DNA of 64,000 bases from Anaeromyces robustus (Eukaryota). Shown here one piece after another: positions 63,426-64,000 of this stretch. Under the pieces are notes generated by a model. That model was given only the letters and a program-made list of their open reading frames with translations, had not been told where the DNA came from and ran no database searches. The first letter of the stretch is position 1, and each line of letters starts with the position of its first letter. Location: assembly GCA_002104895.1 (NCBI GenBank), contig MCFG01000003.1, positions 186,001-250,000 of the forward strand. The letters run 5' to 3'. Made by a program: the position numbers and the translations under genes.

Positions 63426-64000
63426 TCATTGATTAGATATTACTTCATTTATATAATCAAAATCTATTTGATTTAAATCGTAATTGTTTTTTAATATTCT
63501 CCACCATGGAGTCATAATTTCATTTATTGATTTTTGATGTTCTCTTTTAATTTCTTTTGATGGTAATTTTTGTTTTACAATGGGTAATAGCTTTAAATCA
63601 TTTATTTTTTTTGCATCAACTAATAATAGTTATAATAGATAATAACAACAATGATAAAATAAAACAATAAAATTCAATTAATAACATACTAATTAAAAAT
63701 ATTAGAATTATTATTATTAATATGATAAAATAATTACTATTTAATAATAAAATATCTATAGCATTTTTGTTTTCGTAAATTTTTTTTTTAAGTTGGAAAA
63801 AATGAAAATAATTTTCATAATAAGAATCCATAATTGTTTGGGCATCTTTTATTCTTTCAGATAATTCTTTTTTTTTTTCCTCTGAACTTTTTTCTTTAAT
63901 ATACTTTTTTTTATTAATTTCTCTTTTATATTTCTGGATATTATTATAAATATCTTCAAATTTTTTTTTGAGCCAAACTTTGTCATTAACTAAGTTTTGA
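63426..64000 (-). CDS. 3' end of an uncharacterised coiled-coil-like gene (exons >64000..~63739, ~63619..63426)
   Basis: The frame is open from the window edge (KVWLKKKFEDIY...DAQTIMDSYYENYF). A GT-AG intron leads to the last exon DAKKINDLKLLP...MTPWWRILKN...SNQ*. Confidence 0.6.

Overview
This is extremely AT-rich, intron-rich eukaryotic DNA with many (AAT)n, (TTTA)n and poly-A/T tracts. Fungal-type housekeeping genes sit next to flagellar genes, which fits an anaerobic gut fungus (Neocallimastigomycota). That assignment is inferred, not proven. About 14 protein-coding genes can be modelled by eye: a BTB protein (partial), an RD-repeat/poly-Asn protein, DNAAF1/LRRC50, GGTase-I beta, NF-YB/HAP3, YIP1, RNA Pol III RPC2, an unknown SPxK-rich protein, a secreted GPI-type protein, a Tea4/Bud14-like SH3-RA protein, PMT4-like, RPS3, a HEAT-repeat protein and a membrane protein. 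The 3' end of one more gene closes the window. A 5'-truncated non-LTR retrotransposon and an inverted short copy of its 3' end lie at 46.9-49.2 kb. Best observations: (1) NF-YB can only be spliced in frame through an AT-AC minor-spliceosome (U12) intron; (2) that intron carries roughly 54 tandem copies of an 8-mer that reads like a U12 branch point; (3) the inverted LINE pair could form a long hairpin; (4) an RPC2 intron is tandemly duplicated almost whole; (5) RPS3 intron 1 contains an H/ACA-like hairpin.
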